Below are positions 60,548-64,000 of a DNA stretch of 64,000 nt, piece by piece. Each line of letters starts with the position of its first letter. Position 1 is the stretch's first letter. The translations under genes were made by a program, and so were the position numbers. The notes beneath the pieces are model-generated. The model saw only the letters and a program-made list of their open reading frames with translations. It was not told the DNA's origin and did no database searches. Where the stretch lies: assembly GCA_050329935.1 (NCBI GenBank), contig JBHJOI010000027.1:15270-79269 (forward strand), read 5' to 3'. Source of the DNA: Thiotrichales bacterium (GTDB taxonomy: Bacteria > Pseudomonadota > Gammaproteobacteria > UWMA-0217).

Positions 60548-61651
60548 TCAGCCCGAGAGCGATTCACCGTGTCGAGTCAGGGCCCAGGCGACGTGTTCAC
60601 GGACGAGCGCGGCCGGGTGTTCGCGTCGGAGTGCCAGAGCCGCAACAACCTCGGGTCCGGTCGGCGCGTTGCCCAGGGCGACGGCGATATTGCGCAGCCA
60701 GCGCAGGTGACCAATGCGTCGTATCGCGCTGCCCTCGGTGTTGCGCAAGAACTCGGCCTCGCTCCAGCCGAACAGCCGGGTAAGCGCCGGTGCATCGAGC
60801 CCGTGCCGCGCGGCGAAGTCGGGTAGGTCGGTCGCCGCCGCGAAGCGATTCCAGGGACACACGAGTTGGCAGTCGTCGCAGCCGTAGATCCGGTTGCCGA
60901 TCAGCGGGCGCAATTCCACCGGGATTGAGCCGTGTAGCTCAATGGTGAGGTAGGAGATGCAGCGGCGCGCGTCCAGTTGAAACGGGGCGACGATCGCGCG
61001 CGTCGGACAGATGTCGATACAGGCTTGGCAGCGACCGCAATGGCTCGGCGTTGGGCTGTCCACTGGCAATGGTAGATCGGTATAGATTTCGCCAAGAAAA
61101 AACCAGGAGCCGGCCACGCGGTCGAGCAAGTTGGTGTGTTTGCCGATCCAGCCGAGGCCCGCGTTTTCGGCGAGCGCCTTTTCCAGTACCGGCGCGCTAT
61201 CGCAAAAAACCCGGTAGCCAAACGGCCCGATGGCGTGCTCGATCAGAATGGCAAGCTGTTGCAGACGTTGCCGCACGACTTTGTGGTAGTCGCGCCCCAG
61301 GGCATAACGCGAGATGTACCCTAGATCTGGTCGAGCCAGTATCGACCAGGCGTCGGCGGTATTGGGTGGCCAGTAGTCGAGGCGGACACTGATGACGCGA
61401 AGGGTGCCGGGTACGAGCGTCGCCGGTCGGCTACGTTTGACGCCATGTCGTTGCATGTAGTCCATTTCGCCGTGATAGCCAAGCTCAAGCCAGTCGCTCA
61501 AACGGCTCTCGGCGTGCTCGAGTCCGGTGTCCGCGATGCCGACCGCATGAAACCCGAGTGCCTTGCCCCAAGCCCTGATGCGCAAGGCAAGGTCCGTGAA
61601 GTCGGGGGAACTTGGCGGCGCCGTGGACTTTGGCGCTGATGTGTTCGACAT
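60548..61651 (-). CDS. queG: Epoxyqueuosine reductase (tRNA queuosine biosynthesis)
   Basis: 367 aa from M50 of the ORF-track ORF. Colinear with E. coli QueG: LGYISRYALGRDYHKV, the 4Fe-4S cluster Cys motifs CGRCQACIDICPT and YGCDDCQLVCPWN, and EGSAIRRIGHLRWLRNIAVALGNA. Confidence 0.92.
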   Translation of the reverse strand: MSNTSAPKSTAPPSSPDFTDLALRIRAWGKALGFHAVGIADTGLEHAESRLSDWLELGYHGEMDYMQRHGVKRSRPATLVPGTLRVISVRLDYWPPNTADAWSILARPDLGYISRYALGRDYHKVVRQRLQQLAILIEHAIGPFGYRVFCDSAPVLEKALAENAGLGWIGKHTNLLDRVAGSWFFLGEIYTDLPLPVDSPTPSHCGRCQACIDICPTRAIVAPFQLDARRCISYLTIELHGSIPVELRPLIGNRIYGCDDCQLVCPWNRFAAATDLPDFAARHGLDAPALTRLFGWSEAEFLRNTEGSAIRRIGHLRWLRNIAVALGNAPTGPEVVAALALRREHPAALVREHVAWALTRHGESLSG

Positions 61652-62033
61652 GATCCGTGCATCATCCGGCGATCGCGGTGCGCTTGCAACACGGTCAGCG
61701 GTCGCCGGAACCGGCATTGGTCCGCTGACGTTGGCGACGAGGAGTGGATTGGGAAATTTTATCGGGGTGCTCTTGAAAACGTTGAGCGGCGTACCCATTA
61801 ACCGCGCACACCGAGGGCGTCGGGACCTGCGCTCCCGCCAATCAGTGCGTCATGCGAGCCGACCCGGCGCGGGAAGGCGGCATTTCACGCCGCGAATCGT
61901 CTGCGTTCGGAGGGGGTTCGGTTGACAGGAGCTCAAACGCTTCCCATATTATCAGCACTCGCTAAGGGTGAGTGCTAGTAATCGCTCATCGCGTAGGTAC
62001 GTTTACTCAACCATCTTCACGGAGGTTCTCCTA

Positions 62034-62324
62034 ATGAAAATTCGTCCATTGCATGATCGCGTGGTCATCAAGCGCCTGGAAGAGGAGCGCATGAGCGCCG
62101 GCGGCATCGTGATTCCCGATACCGCCACGGAAAAGCCCGATCGCGGCGAAGTCGTTGCCGTGGGTCACGGCAAGATTCTCGATAACGGTGACGTCCGGGC
62201 GTTGGATCTGAAAGTTGGCAACAAAGTCCTGTTCGGCAAGTATGCCGGCAGCACGGTCAAGATCGATGGTCAGGAATACCTGGTCATGCGCGAAGACGAC
62301 GTCATCGCCGTCATCGAGTCTTAA
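62034..62324 (+). CDS. groES: Co-chaperonin GroES
   Basis: 96 aa. [31 protein letters not shown]; GGAGG Shine-Dalgarno 7 nt upstream. Confidence 0.97.
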   Translation: MKIRPLHDRVVIKRLEEERMSAGGIVIPDTATEKPDRGEVVAVGHGKILDNGDVRALDLKVGNKVLFGKYAGSTVKIDGQEYLVMREDDVIAVIES

Positions 62325-62338
62325 TGGAACACGCTTGA

Positions 62339-64000
<1,662 letters not shown>

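Overview
High-GC (about 65%) chromosomal core segment from a gammaproteobacterium with Pseudomonas-like gene order. Almost the whole window is housekeeping; I see no transposase, integrase, phage, CRISPR array or recognisable defence island. Gene order, left to right: metG (3'-truncated at the window edge), yraN and lpoA on the minus strand; then divergently rsmI, the RNase P RNA gene rnpB, and the sigma70 Pmra promoter with MraZ operator repeats. The complete dcw division/cell-wall cluster follows (mraZ, rsmH, ftsL, ftsI, murE, murF, mraY, murD, ftsW, murG, murC, ddl, ftsQ, ftsA, ftsZ, lpxC), with the 4-bp stop/start overlaps typical of that cluster. After lpxC come an antisense DUF721 (DciA-like) gene, an M23 peptidase, secA, argJ and a MutT-TenI fusion; then an orphan zapD on the minus strand. 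Next are an OmpA/OprF-type porin with a TSP3 linker, an AsnB-family amidotransferase, grxD, rnt, and the pyruvate dehydrogenase genes aceE, aceF (single lipoyl domain) and lpdA (E3 with an N-terminal lipoyl domain). These are followed by a GMC oxidoreductase, a convergent rubredoxin plus HyaC-type cytochrome b pair, thiD-thiE, a ChaN/TIKI-PDZ lipoprotein divergent from a secreted M1 metallopeptidase, a HAD hydrolase, rppH-ptsP, apbC, a GH17-GT2 fusion glucan synthase (NdvB-like) convergent with an alkaline-phosphatase-superfamily membrane transferase, a small lipoprotein, queG, groES and the 5' 547 codons of groEL. The supplied ORF track's long antisense ORFs are GC-driven artefacts; it reports the longest ATG/GTG/TTG-initiated ORF, so I re-placed many starts by homology and by stop/start overlap. 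The strongest candidates for anything new are three small modules: GH17-GT2 with an AP-superfamily transferase and an acidic-tailed lipoprotein (a possible periplasmic cyclic beta-glucan synthesis-and-decoration unit); an orphan rubredoxin/cytochrome b pair beside a GMC oxidoreductase; and the ChaN/TIKI-PDZ lipoprotein with the M1 peptidase.
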